A stretch of DNA of 64,000 nucleotides from Auanema rhodensis (lineage: Eukaryota; Animalia; Nematoda): positions 8,370,001 to 8,434,000 of the forward strand of contig OZ059898.1 of the NCBI GenBank assembly GCA_964057225.1. The letters are read 5' to 3'. This document shows, piece after piece, positions 12,408 through 28,336 of the stretch. The notes beneath the pieces were generated by a model. The model was not told the DNA's origin. It did not search any database and was given only the letters and a program-made list of their open reading frames with translations. The translations under genes were made by a program, and so were the position numbers. Within the stretch, counting starts at the first letter, position 1; each line of letters opens with the position of its first letter.

Positions 12408-15400
12408 TATTTGAATATCTGAGACAAGGCAGGAAGATTTTCAAGAATAGTAAGTTAACGAATACTTTTTACGCATGACAACATAGAATATTATAAAATT
12501 CCGTATAATATCCTTCTAGACTGGATAATATCCCATTTTCGAACAATATGGAAGAAAAAAGGTTAAAAGTCAAGGTATTAGGAAGGAAGTTCTTAAAAAG
12601 GATTTTTTAAATTTTCAGGCAAATCAGACAGTAATATTGTTCGTCTACGAGCATAAGAAACATCTATTATGTAGCTTAAATGCTTGTAATGTAACAATAA
12701 ACATGAATGATGTGCTAAAATACAATAAAGTAGGGTCTAATCCGATGTGCTCATCGTAATGGTTAAGGGCAGGGTTAGTCGTTATTTGGCCACTTACTTA
12801 GTCAAGTGCTTCGACCGAGGTTACATGGCTAAGATTTGCAAGATCGAATAACGACACGCTGACGCTGATAGGCAGCAGAAAGCCAAGCATGGACACCGTA
12901 CAGATGTTACATCTTCTCATCTCCCTCAAAATGGGTGATGTAACTGCATGTGAGAAAGGCAATAACGGTCAGATTATATAATCAGTATCTCAAATTTCCA
13001 TGGAATACTACGTATTCGGGCTCTGATTTCATGACATACCTTATGTCTCTGTTTTTTCTTGTATTTATTTTCTTCATAAATGCATTATTATTGAAATATA
13101 GTACGAGCATTCAATAATACGTGAAAATCACTTAAAGAAGAAAATATATTTAGAAAGGCTCAAAAAAGTGCAATACAGTGATTAAATAGAAAGATAGTAA
13201 GAGGTGAAGCATATAGAAAAGAGAGGGAAAGAGATACACGGGCAGAAATAGAAAGAGGAAAGTGAAGTGAGAGCAAAGGAAGTACTTCGAAAAAGCTACA
13301 GACTTTTTGAGTTTTGCAGCTTCATTCTCAAGGTCAACATGATAATGTTATTTTGTGTGAAAGCTTTTTTCTTAAGTCTAAAAATACAAGATTTATAGTC
13401 AGGGTTCAGTAATGTTTTTGTATTCTTGTAAGCAAAGCAGAAAAAAACCCAACCGAAACTTGTCTCATATATAGAATGTTATGAAAAGAAAAATGATAGA
13501 ATAACTTTAAACGGTCGATTGGACAAGCATATGAGGGTACATTACAATACCGAAATATCTAAACAGCATCTGAAACGAACCATATGAAGGTATGCGGGAC
13601 TGGGCTGAATAGAGAAACGCTTGACTGAGTAGATGGATCATAGGAAGTATTCCAATTAAATGTTAGGACGATACAACTGGCTCGTATGCAGCATTGATAG
13701 AGCATCGGTACATGACATACCAACTATAACTCATTCTAACAGTATTCCTTTTTAAAATTCAATGGCGGCTACTCTAATGTGGCTGCGGTCAGAATTGGTC
13801 TGAACAAACGGAGCCGCACTGAGAGGAGAGGAAGCTGGAGCGGTGACGGGAAGGAAGTAACCATGTCGGGTAAGTGACAATTAAGTTTGTGAAGCTGTGT
13901 ATTCAAGCACAATTGATCGATTTCCGGAATATGCATTGAAACACGTAAATCTGATGGCTGAACCGAAGGAAGAAAATTGTGGAAAAAAACGAACATGACG
14001 CAAATAGATAGGGCAACTTGTTATGTGAATATCAAACTGAAGTATTTGAACATTTGAATACAACATACAATATTTGGGCGATTCTTCTTACAAACCAGAG
14101 AAACAAGAAGACACTTTTGAAACACGATGGCATTTCATACTTAATTGCGAAATATGAGACGAGTTTGACATGAATGCCATTTCTAACGCGTCAGTCAATC
14201 GTCCATAAGCCGAATTAAACTTATGCACAATCTCGCCGATACGCATGATCATCTCAAGCTTGCATGCTTTCTTCAGCTGACCATTACTTCGAGCTTAGCC
14301 TTGCAATTGCATCTCCCCAGCTGACCATAAATGATCATAAACGATAGTAATCTCAACTGTTCCGGTTTAGATGTGTCGAGGACCGCCCTTGCAAATGGTG
14401 GCTGTCCTCTCGTGCTCTTGACCTATGATGTGTTCCAGCCGGCTTCATCGTTGTCCAGCATTCATTAATATTTGCCCGCAGGCGGTGTGCGTGTGTATTC
14501 AAGGATGAGCTAGTACGCAAGATGGACACTATGACACACGAATCCATGTCATAGTGGAAATGAGCGACGAAAACAGAATAGCAGATACTGAAACAACGAG
14601 CATATCAACGAGATAGAGCATCATTTTAGTTAAAGGGGGATATTAACGATGAAATGGGTGGCTGAATGATTGATGTGGATATTCCATCCGCTTAGAATTT
14701 TCTAATACAGGACCGTACGAACGGATCAGATCTATACGAAATAACGTATAAACATATTGAATTGAATATTAAAATATATCCAGATAGAGTATGAGAACCA
14801 AACTATTAAGATTCAGCTTAATTATTCATTTTTATTTTAAGTTAAGCTCAAGAACGACTTAAGTACTATATAGTATCTCACATACACATACAGATTCAAC
14901 TATCTATAGAAGGTGAAAAAGATTTGTCTCCACATTGAGTTAGATAGAATGTTAGAAGTTAATGGCCTACTTCAAGATAAACACGAATATACGACTACAG
15001 TGAACTGAAAAGAATTTTTAATGCATATTGCGTTGATTACGGTAATCTTTATGTGAAATGAATGAAATCAATTTAAGTAGTCATTTAATAATATTTATGC
15101 TCGTAGCTTAAAATATTTTTATCTGAACTAAAGTATATGGTCAGAGTTCAGACAACCAATTAACTGTTTGTGATGATGAAGTCATCACATCAGTCTTTAT
15201 GACTATCCACGCTTCATTGTCATCATCATCTGATTTCTAGTAGACAACTACGATCCAAGATAAAAGAGGAAAAAGGATAACAAAGGAACTGCTATGTACA
15301 GTTATCGTATTATTTAAAAGAAAATATAAAGTAACTGCAAGAGATTCAGAAAGACAAAGAAAGATCCAGAGTGAATCGAGATGAAGCTGCACGATAAGGA

Positions 15401-17000
15401 TATAGCATCTTGGCAGGATGACAGAGCTCCGGACGTGACATTAGATATGAACAATATTCAGCAACAGATGGCTCCTGATAACTTTATTTGATATCGAGAT
15501 GACAATATCGTTTTGAAGAAATAATTGTTTGTTTGTGGGTAAAATATCTAAACAACTTCAAAACAGATACCGACAGACGCACGCATCTGATTCAGTTCAC
15601 TAGCCAGATGAAGACAAGATAAACTGATGAGCAAATTAGAGGCAGATCAAGAGCGATTATCCAATGAGCGACTAAAAATTGACAGATGAAGAGCAGAACC
15701 GCAGGATAACATCATTTAGCCGTAACAAAACCTCGAAGAAGTACTTTTGTTCTTTCTCTTCTTAAAAGAAGAAAAGGTAAATGAATAGGAAGGGACTGAG
15801 TCATAAAAACAAAAAAAATAGAAGAAAAAGCTTATAGATTGCCAGGAATCTCTAAGCACAAGAAGCAAATAACGGAAATATAAAAAAAAGAAAATTCCTG
15901 CCAACTACTATGGCGGAACGATCAAAGAGCTAGAAATGGTTAATTGGGATTGTAAAAGCAGAAAATTCTGATGAATTTTAAGTTAACGGAAATGTGTAGA
16001 TTGTTCTTTAGAAAACTCTTTAGCTCTGTATAGATCACTAAAAAAGTAAGTTATCGAGATATATCAAAGAATACCATGAAACCAGTTAGGAAGTATGACT
16101 ACTAATGTTTTCATGATAATTTTTAGAAAAGTCTGAGAGCATCATACTGATGTTGGGATCATATTAGTAGAATATATGAGTCAACTAACTGTTGAAAGGC
16201 CGAATAAAAACGGCTTAATTAATGTTGATGTTGCATACGTCGGATATAAAGAAAGAGAGATCATTAGCAAATGGTACAGAAGGCATTCATCATTTGTAAA
16301 ATGTCTGAGAAACCAGTATGTATAACAATATTTTTGGAACGGAAATGAAATGATACAGTGAAAAACCATAATAACCTAGATTAGCTCAACGTTTTCAACT
16401 TTCAAGCATAAGATTATGGCTATGAAACAATTATTTTCAAGGAAAGCAAAGAAAAATTGGAAAAAAGATATTTCATGGAATTTGGCTATATGGATTTAAA
16501 TAGCCAAATATAGACAATGTGTTCGGAACGCTTTTTCATAATCCAGTCAATTCATCATATACACATGTTTTGGGGGGATTTGAACATTCAATTTTGAAAG
16601 CCAACAAGATAGATTTGCACAAGATTTTTTCAGTTTCACTTTAAAGTAAAAGCTATGCCTCCCTACAGAATGAGAACGTAGTATAATTTTGGAGAAAAAT
16701 TTTGAGAAAAAAATGAAATTGAAGAACTAGTTTCCAATGAAAATAGAACGATATCTGGAGAAGACACTTTGATAAGCAAAAAAAAGAAAATAAGAGAGGA
16801 GGAAACTAAAGCCGACAAAAATGGTAATTAGAGCACAGCTGAAGGACATGAGGATAGCAAAAAGAATGATTGAAATTGGCTAAACAAAACTAAAGTCAGC
16901 AGATGCAGATAGAATGAATGGTTCAAACTGGCCCTGATATGAGAAAATGACAAAAAAATATTTTATATGAAGTCCAAGAATAAAATGAAATGAAGCTCAC

Positions 17001-17037
17001 CTGAGTTCACAAAGATCGGCGCTTAATTCCAGATTTC
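17001..17037 (-). other. 37-nt micro-exon of the large minus-strand gene
   Basis: ttttgcag|GAAATCTGGAATTAAGCGCCGATCTTTGTGAACTCAG|gtgagc. Consensus acceptor and donor; only one frame is open (NLELSADLCEL, phase 1 to phase 2). Confidence 0.55.
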
Positions 17038-20000
17038 CTGCAAAATTTCGACTTGTGTACTTGATAGCAGATCCAATCATTTGAAATCTAAAATAACACT
17101 TTTTAAAATATCCACTATAATTCCATTTGAATTGCTACAAAAAAAAGAAGAAATTTTTAAAAATTCGATTTTGGTTGACATCGCATAATAAATTATAAAA
17201 ACTAAGCCACTTTTTGAAGAAATTATTAAACAAGATGTGTAAAAATGACAAATAGTAAAAGTAGTAATTATTATAATTAGCAATATATAGAGTTATGTCA
17301 ACGATATAGCTTTAAAAAACTGATTATACTCATATGTATCAGCTCTAACTATAGTAGATACATATGCATTTGAAATTATATTGGAAGAAAAAATATAAAA
17401 TGAGATTGAGAGAAGGAACAGAGTGGCAACTACAAAAAGTTTAAATTTATATAAAATGAAGAATAATATGTTCAGTTGTATACATCGAGTATGTCGATTG
17501 ATAAGAAAAATGAATATATTATATAGTTAATATAGTTATTCCCTCATATTATATAAAAGAGTTAGACATGTGCAATGTCATTGTTATTGTTAATGTATAA
17601 AGAAATGATTGGCATTCCTGTCTACGATATGCGATGATGATGACGATGCTGATGTTAATGTAGATGATGAGAACGATGATGCTGCAGCTGAATTTACATC
17701 ATGTCATCTCATCAGAAGTTGATTCACATAATTTTCATCAGAAATATCTGTGGGAGCTGTAGTTTCAATCGGAAACGTTGGATTTAACATGAGATAACAT
17801 GTCATGCATATATGTTAGCATTTTGAAGTTTAGACGGAAAATAAAGCAATTGCGAAAAATAAAATAAAACGCATTAACTATTACATATAACTCAAATTAG
17901 AATTGTTAGATATTGAGACTGTGTCTTAACTATAAATACATGTAACGACAAGCTGATGATAATGGATGAATGAATAAACAAATAATTTTCCTCTGGGGAG
18001 TTTATGAAGGCAACCACAAAGCTGTCGACCTCTTTTCACTAAAAATCTTCAGGGAATCGGAACAGCTATTATCACCCTACAAACATCCTGTTTGAGTGAT
18101 GACCAAGCTAAAGAAAATGAAAAATCGAATAAGTAAATGAAACAACGAGAACGAAGAGAGTGAAAAAAAGGCCACCCCTCTCTCTCTCTCCCTCTCCGTC
18201 TAGATATATTTGTATAACTAAGAACAAGAAAAATTGTAGTTCTATATTGCTGGACAAAACTTTAGACAGAGGTCTAAGAACAAAAATTTAGAAAAAGCCA
18301 ATCAGTTAGAAAACAAAACATTAATAAATCATTTCTCCTGAAAATGAATCATCATAGGGCCACAGAAATTATTCTCAAAAACATTAAGAAAAAAATTATG
18401 AAAATCTGTTTATTTGCTGGCTAACTTGAACTTACTTCAAACATATTAGATTCTTTCATGGTGTTTGAAGAATGCAATGACGATAAAGAATATGTAACAA
18501 ACACTATTTAGTTGAATTGCTAATGAATGGATAAACCGTGAGAACAGTAAGTGAATGAAGCAGCTGACCTGATCACTTGAATCATTGTGCTGCTGAAGCT
18601 CACACAGTTACTCAGCTATTCAGAGAAAGAATCATCAGGAAAAATAGATCAACAGATATGAAGATGACGATTTACAAAAAGCCGGCTGTACTAATAACCG
18701 CATTCTGCCATCTCTCTGTCCTTATGTCGTCTACTCTATTGGTTGGACATGATCTACTATTTTGGCAGCACGTAAACAACAGTTTATTGAGGTAAATCAG
18801 CAGAGTTCGTTGTCGTTCTTAGTTGACTGAGCTAATCCAGCTAGCAATCATCAATTACTTGTCAATAGCCAACAAACTGTAATATGAAACGGCTAGTTGG
18901 ATTGTTACCAAAATAGTCGAGTCGACTCTAAGCCAAATGAATATGTATTGTTCTCTTCTCCTCTCTATAACAACGCTCTTACACCCGTTTTCTCTCTCTC
19001 TCTCACTTTCAACAGTCACAGCTCTAATTCCTTATTTTTCTTTCACTATCCCTTCTAAACCTATCCTAGATCTACAATACTTGGATATAGCAACCTATAG
19101 TCTTCCTATTACTAGATTACAAGTTAATTACAGTCAATAAACAAGAAAACTGCACAAAGCTGACAGCATTTCAGATCCACATCAAGCTTTTCAAATCAAC
19201 ATCATGTATACAGAAGCTTACAATGTGAGTTGACAGCTCAATTATGCTTTTCAAGCTTATATCTAAACATCATTCAGTCATACAAGATAGGCACATCTGT
19301 TCAAGAAATGTTAATCAACACAAACATTTTCAAAGCAATATTATGACTTAACTTAACTTCAAATCAATGCCTTTTTACATTATTTAATTCAACAAAACTA
19401 GAAAGATATAACAATTATTATAACATTTTTGAACTTATTATTTTAAATGTAAGAACGATGAAGATCACTACATGAACTGAAATATAACAATTCTTTTGCC
19501 ATTTTCTTTTTCACTCATATACTTCCTCCTCCTTTTAAGTCAATTGATGCTATTCAGAAAATGAGAAAAAAAAGTTAAATAAGAGCCATTATATGCTATG
19601 GAAATCGGATGTCCAAACAGCAAGTACGATAAGAAGTTAAAAACGAAAACTAATACAGATATCTTAAAAGAAATATCAATACTAGAACACATCATCAGTG
19701 GATAGCATCATTTTATTCAAACAAACAAAAAGATAAAAAATCTTTCATATCCATTTAAAAAAAAGGAAAAAAGTAAAATCTTATCTTTAGAACCCACATG
19801 ATACTTTACTTATTCAATCTCAATTACCTAACATTCTCAATACCAACTAGTCTTTCAACAATTTCAGTCAGATTACTCAATGTAATTAATAGCTTGTCAT
19901 ATAACAAAAGGCCATAACCATCTGTATATTTGTGTAAAATAGACAGCTAGCTAAGCATCGTGTATTGTGAGCTCAACAGGCTCAAATACCACTAGGAAAC

Positions 20001-20775
20001 ATGACAGACTACAAGCCACATGAGCAAAATAAATATCAAAGGTCATGAAAGAAAAAAGTTTAAATGCAAAATCGAAGATGAAAGATTAAAATGAATGTCA
20101 TTTGTATTCCAATATAATTACCAATGAACAGTACAGACTTAGCTTAGACAAACACAACATTTATCCGTTTTTAGTGAATAAATTGAACGAATTGAGTGCA
20201 GCGTGAGCTCGTAAAGATATAATATCAACTTATATGTATATGAATCCAATAATAACAGAATAGCTCGCGAATAAAAATATATGATGACAATAAAAATCAA
20301 AGTACAAAATGAACTGTGAAAATACCTGATGACAAGTTACATATCTTTAATACGTTTGGCGTAATTATGGTCAAATATGGTCACCTGTTACGTAAGTTGG
20401 CGTTGAAATATTTTTTATGCTAATTTAAATTAAATAATTCAATTAATGAATTATATTGATTAATCCAAAATAAAAATAAAATCAGCCAAAAAGTAAATAT
20501 GTTTTACTGTAAGATTTAATAGCAAATTATGAATAATTGCTTTGGATAACAAAAAAATAGAAAATGAATGAGTACAAGATGTTTCCTACATCTTTCTTCT
20601 TTCTGTCTTGTCCAATTGAGACATTTATTGTTTTTTCAATTCTTATTATAGACTGCAAGAAAATTAGACCAAATGATACGTTAAAATATATAAGAATAGA
20701 ATAGCTTTTCAGAAAAACCATATGGCTAATGTAGATTTGCTAATATAAAGGCGAAAACCTTTATTATTAATAAGG

Positions 20776-20807
<32 letters not shown>

Positions 20808-23322
20808 ATAAATATAAAATATTATTTTACAATGTTGTAGAATTAAGGAGCAAAGTAGCTGTTTCGAGAAAAAAATGTCAAAAACGAAATTGCAATTACA
20901 TTATGTCGTGGTCAAACAGAGGATCAGTCATCTGGAATTAAATTAGAACCTTCTAGTCGAAGTTACTTTTTGGGAACCAAAACGACAAGAACCGAGAACA
21001 CTAGTTTAACCAGACCAGTAGATAAAGATACAAGATACTTTATGAGGTTAATGAGTGAAGATGCATATTATTCGAGCTAGAACAAACTGATGAAGCTTCA
21101 GAGATATCTTAGCCGGAAACTAACTAGATATGCCTGGTTGATTTCTGTTTCAGCAGATCCATAGGAGATACCGTAATACAAGTGTACAATCAGATCATCT
21201 GGTAACATGTTTAACAAAAGACATACAACTCCAAATATGGGTGAACGAGATTGAGGGAAAGAGAAAGAGAGTGAGGAAACATTAGAAGATACTAGTCTGA
21301 TGTACTAATCGTCTACAAATACAGATGACTAACTGCTTGGTCAAGAAAAATACGTTGATGATGGTGTCAAACAAAAGATATACGTCTTGATATATAAGAA
21401 TATCAGTTATCAACGATGATCATCTACGTTCAAAACATTATAATTTTGAATGTCCATATACATAGATCTGATTGATATGAAATACAAATACTGAAGCAAA
21501 TAATCTTACATCAAATTGCTTTAGATTTGCTTGAAACTGAAGAATATTTGAATAAATATGAAGTTTCAAATGGTATCGTAATATGCCTTTTTTCATAAAA
21601 ATAACTACAATAAGCAAGTATTTCAGTAGGCCGTGAGCAAATAAAGAAAAGTAAAAAGTAAAATGCACACAAAAGAAATAAAATGATGTTAGATTGAATG
21701 AGCGTATTTCCGAAAAAAGTTTGTTAATATAATATATTGTAATGATAACTAATATAAATATTTAGATATAAAGCCAACCCAAAAACAGGTTGTATCAGAA
21801 TTGGAGTTACTTGTTAACGATATGACCTCTTTCCATGTTTACATTCTGTCATAACTTTGGCATTCGGTGACTCAGAAGAAGAAGACAGTATAAATTTGAT
21901 AACCACCAAAGATGGCCGCCCTTACAGTTAGTGGAACGAATGGCCAAGATGATTTTCATTAGCTAATCAAAATACTCTTTGATTTATGTGACATAACTCT
22001 TTTACATAAGAAACCAATAATATAAAAATAAGAAACATTGAGAAGTGTATGATCATGTGAAAGTACTGTTTAGAGTTGAATTTGGAACAAAACACCAAAC
22101 AATAAAAGAGGGAAAAAGAGAAAGTTTTCAAAGAAATGAGAACTTGAAAAGTAAGAAAAAATTTCACAAGACATTCATTTAGTGTGAGAACAATATGAAG
22201 AAACTGTATTGAAAGAGAATAGGATGGTGAATCTGAAGACGTTCAGTAAAAATAATACAAAACAATCCGTGAAAAACGAATTGAAATGTTGGAACTATGG
22301 AATTGGTTCCTACCAACTGTGAAAAAGGGGATGTGATGACATATGTTAAGCTCGATGCAACCAACTTCTAGAAACAATAACAGATAGTTGCATCTTTAGA
22401 AACTAGCAGATGAGGAGAAGGTTTGGAGAAGGTTTGGAGAAAAGAGAATGGCTTTATTTGGGTTAGGCGCGAAGAAAAGGTTGAAGCTACGGTGAATGGT
22501 AAGAAACGGATAGACGCGAACATAGAGTGTCTGTGCAACAGTCATCAATGCGTTGTACGTCCGCGTGAAGAGTTGAAGACAATACGAAGATGAGACCTGA
22601 AGATGCTCGATCTCTATTGCTCATATGAGACTGAAGCTAAAGCACCATCTCTTCAGCGTTTCCGCGACCCATATACTGTTTCGACCAAGTCAACAAAGTC
22701 ATCGCATATAATACGAATAAACGAATGGTTAGTGTTATATATTATGAATTAAGTATTGAAAATTTGGAAAAAGACATTTCACTGCTCTTGACAAGAACAA
22801 TCCTAAGCTTAATATAAAGAATCTGACGTTGTTCCCGGCTCTCTGTTCACGTCAATTATTACCGACAGCTGGCGGCAAACTATAAAGAACTAAGAAGTTA
22901 CAATTAAGCTGAAAAATGATTACGCCAAAGAAACAATCACTGTGAGTAGTAAATGGTTCGTCAGCAGCAAGTGTCCCATTAAGAGTTTTCGTTACACCGC
23001 TTTTTCCTATCATCCGTTAAGTATAAGAAAAGATACAAATGTTTAGTGAGAGAGTCACTATTCGCGATAAATTGCCATCCCAAGATCTAACTAATTGCCT
23101 CCAAGAACATAGATATATGGCTTAAAGAATTATTGACACGTGTCGTTACATAACAGGTGCACATTGGCATCGGCTTGAAAAATCAAAATAAACAACATTC
23201 AATTTTTAAAATTTATTTTTAACCTTATTAAATACATTTACAGTGCTTTCTAGATTATGAACAAATGCATCAATGTATTACATGACTTTCTCGAAACACG
23301 AAACAACCATTTTAGTATTTTC

Positions 23323-24842
<1,520 letters not shown>

Positions 24843-25466
24843 GTTTTTTTCTTATTTTCCTTTCAACCCTTTTAAGCACATGAAGTAGGAGCTAAAAATA
24901 TAAAACTTCGATAAATAAAAATTAATGTTTCTATAAAAACAAAAGCAAAAACATTCAAAATTGAATATATTGTCCTAATATAAAATCAGCATAAGCAGTT
25001 TTATATTAAAGGATTTGTGTAAAATGCGTATAAATGCTCATATGCTTGAAATGCCAATAATACTTTTTTTGCTTACCTATACCTACCCTTTTTTTCTAAA
25101 TAAGGTTCACAATTGCTCTTGTGATTAACGAACCACTTTCGAAATTAAATTCTAATATATGATTTGCGTATGATATGAATCAATCGATATTTATTGTAAA
25201 ACAAGCTATTTGTAAAATTTCATAACTTCAATACTGTTGTCTAGGACAATAATCATACGAATAAAAAAATGACGTTATTTCCCTACAAGCATTGATTGGA
25301 TTGTTTAAAACTTAAATAAGTTGTACTGTAGTAAAGTTTTAAATTCTACAGTACGATTTGACATTTTGAAATGAAGTCGCCATTTTTTTAAAAAAAATAA
25401 TATTTTTGTGAATTATAAATTAAAAATATTGAGGAATGGTACATGAAAAGTATGATAATAGATATG

Positions 25467-26897
25467 TTATGAATCATGTCTTTTTTGATTTGAGTTAATT
25501 GTCTTTGTTATTTCATTAAAGAACTTCGATTGGAGAGCATCTTCACAAGTTGCCCGGCAAATTGGATCAATTACAAGCAATTCACGAATCAATTGTTTTA
25601 GAGGTTTAAATTTAGGGTAATTCAAGCAGGGATTTCCAACAGAACCCTGAAAAAGACCAACTTTTTCATTAGTATTTGATACCTCACCTCGTCGTTCGTC
25701 ATGCAGACAGTATGTGAAAAGTTTTTAAAAACGGTGTAGCTAAAAATTAAGATCACTTCGGAACAATAAACACAAACAAACAATGCTCTTTGAAGCATAT
25801 GAGAAGGTACAGGCCCACAGTAAGTAATAATATTGTTAAGCAATAATACTGATTGTTCAGCTTCGCTTAACTTCGCTGGTGGACTAATGAAAAGAGAAGA
25901 TCCTACGAATATATCCACAATTACACAACCTATAGACCAGACGTCTACAGCACTGTTCCAATCTAGACCTGTTAAAGAAAATACATTTTTGATTAATTAA
26001 TATTACAAACCAAGAATTACTTCTGGTGCTCTATAATTTGGAGTTTGTATTAAAAAATCGCCGTTTTCTGCATCATTGGAAAAGAAAACAGAGTTAAAAT
26101 CACCAAGAACGATAGAAGGATCCACTAATACTTCATACTATAAAGACAGAGTGGTACAGAGAAATATCAAACGATTGTACTTTGCCTGCCACATCTTCAT
26201 GACATATCGAGGCATCTGTTTTCAGCATTACATTTTCGGGTTTTATGTCGGTATGGATAAGCCCTAGTTTATGCATATAGGCTACAGCTGATAGAAGTTC
26301 ATAACACATTGTTTGACAATGTTGAAGTGGTAATCCTCGAAAGTTGTTATTTTCCTATTATAATTCTTCAGAATGAAGCACAATGAACAAAGTCTTACCA
26401 GGAATGTGTATAAATTTCGGCCATAAAGTGGTTGCACCATACATACGTGGCCATTATAATCAAAAGCATCTAGTAAAACGGAGAAATAACTAAAATAATA
26501 ACCAATACTTAAATAAATGAAGTAAACAAACTTTTTAGAAGGATTATCTGAGTATGCAAGCATTCTGAGCACTTTAACCTCTTTCACTCCAGATTCTGTA
26601 AATGTTTCTTCAGCGCGAATTGCCTTTAATGCTTTGGTTTTCTGAAATATCTATAATAATAGTCGCAATATACAGATGACGTACTTTACTATCTTGATGA
26701 TCCCGAACTGCTGCAACATTAGCATAAACGCCAAAACCTACAGACCGCAACACTTGATCTATATATATACGTTTATATTTCTATATTTTTATTAATTATT
26801 TAATCCTAAACTTACATCTATCTGCAATGAAACATCCTCTTTTTAATAATAACATGCCATCGTCTTTTGTTTCAGCTTTCTTTACTATTTTAACCAT
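25467..26897 (-). CDS. Divergent CLK/LAMMER-like protein kinase, copy 2 (tandem paralog), multi-exon
   Basis: MVKIVKKAETKDDGMLLLKRGCFIADRYQVLRSVGFGVYANV...KALK...FDYNGHVCMVQP...[11 protein letters not shown]...LGDFN...[27 protein letters not shown]...LLVIDPICR. Intron positions largely shared with copy 1. Confidence 0.85.
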
Positions 26898-27794
26898 TTC
26901 AATTATCTGAAGAAAGACACAAATTTGAGTACTCAACAAGGCAAAAATTTAAAATTTAAAATAACAAATTCTAATTTGAATATCGTAAGGCATGCAATAG
27001 TATACTAATTTCAAAAAAAAATTTACCGTATTTTCAGAAACGTTAAAAAGTTGTGCCTTTTGATGACATCATTGATTTATCACTATAGACCTTTTAAGGA
27101 TTTCTGTTTACAAACAAAAAAAAAATGCATGTGATGGATTTTAAAGATCTATTTTTACCTTTATATTGAGTACAATATGCACAAAAATTAGACGTATAAG
27201 TTTAACTTTGTTATAATCATCACCTAGAATCATTACACCGTCAACATTAATCATTCAGTGTATGCAATATAATAGAAGCTCTACACTCCGTGAATTTGAA
27301 AAGTAAACATGGGATAAATCTTTTATTAGGCGGAATTGGTGACAATTAGAAGCTCTTTAAGATTTCATAGTTATAAAATGGTTGAAAAACAAAACAATAA
27401 AGAAACAGATAAAATTCATAAGGATTTTCGCCATTCGGTTATTCACAAAAAAATAAAACAAAGACTATTCCTTCGAACAACTGAATATGTCATTAGTTCT
27501 CAGGAATTTAATAATAATATTGAAAAGAAAACAAGATCATACTTTGGTAAAAAGGTTATAGATTAAGAATACATGTTCAGGTAATACAAAATATGATGAA
27601 CTAAATAGCGAGTTCCTATAAAAGTAACAATAAAAAAAGAAATATTTCAACAAAAATGATTCTGTCAATAAAAAAAACGTGGGGATAACTTCCCCACATA
27701 GTTTTAACTGATAACTACGTTTTCTATTTTGAAGTAGCGGGTAAAGCTAAGTTATGTATTGAGCATGGGTACGTTGGTTAATTTCCTTCCATGT

Positions 27795-28336
27795 TTATAA
27801 AAAGTTTGCTACATCTTCTAAAGACCCTTTGAGAACATTCGCATGTTGAACACAGAACAATCCCAGCAGTTTCTTAGAACACACACGAGCTTCCACAAGC
27901 TGTAGACATTTACGAGGCATTTTCCGATTTCTCTCCGATGCATCATCAGAGGTAGCCGTCACATTTTCCAAGAAATGCGCTTTTCTAGTCGCTACTGCCC
28001 TACCACTGTTCACATGTGAAAGACAGTTGTAAAAGCTGAAGAATCATAAATCATATAACACCGGAAATAAATTGAGTAATACCTTTGTTCACATTTGCAA
28101 TAATAAAGATGATACGAAAGGTTATTAGTAACAAGATATTTGTTTGCGTCTTTTTCTAGTACTACAGGACAGTTTGCATGTTGAACACAACATTTTCGAA
28201 TAGAACTATGAGCTCCTGAAGCTGTGTGGCAATAATTGGAAGATTCTGAAAAAATGTTGATTTTTAAACACATGTTGAGATCAATTGAACCACATAGTTC
28301 AGCAAAAACCAAAAGGAGAAGCAAGAATTTAAACAT
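27795..28336 (-). CDS. Secreted cysteine-rich protein, group III (bee-venom-type) phospholipase A2-like, probably catalytically inactive; 2 exons (28336-28083, 28035-27795), about 164 aa
   Basis: Signal peptide MFKFLLLLLVFAELCGS; KCCVQHANCP (cf. CCxxHDxCP); CKCEQSFYNCL (cf. CxCDxxFYxCL); 47-nt GT-AG intron at 28036-28082. Confidence 0.7.

Noticed and set aside
16190-16267. Fragments resembling miR-80 (GAGATCATTAG; GTTGAAAGGCCGA)
   Set aside because: The pieces are non-contiguous, in the wrong order and not in a hairpin.
17593-17805. Minus frame with an internal TGA followed by a Ser-rich stretch (possible readthrough or Sec)
   Set aside because: Openness is explained by TCA/GAT trinucleotide low complexity; no SECIS, homology or splice support.
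21145-21152. piRNA Ruby motif core CTGTTTCA
   Set aside because: Isolated occurrences at chance frequency; no cluster.
27679-27697. Hairpin GTGGGGA-TAACT-TCCCCAC followed by a T-run on minus (terminator-like or Helitron-end-like)
   Set aside because: Intrinsic terminators do not apply to Pol II genes, there is no CTRR end at the expected spacing, and the stem is only 7 bp.
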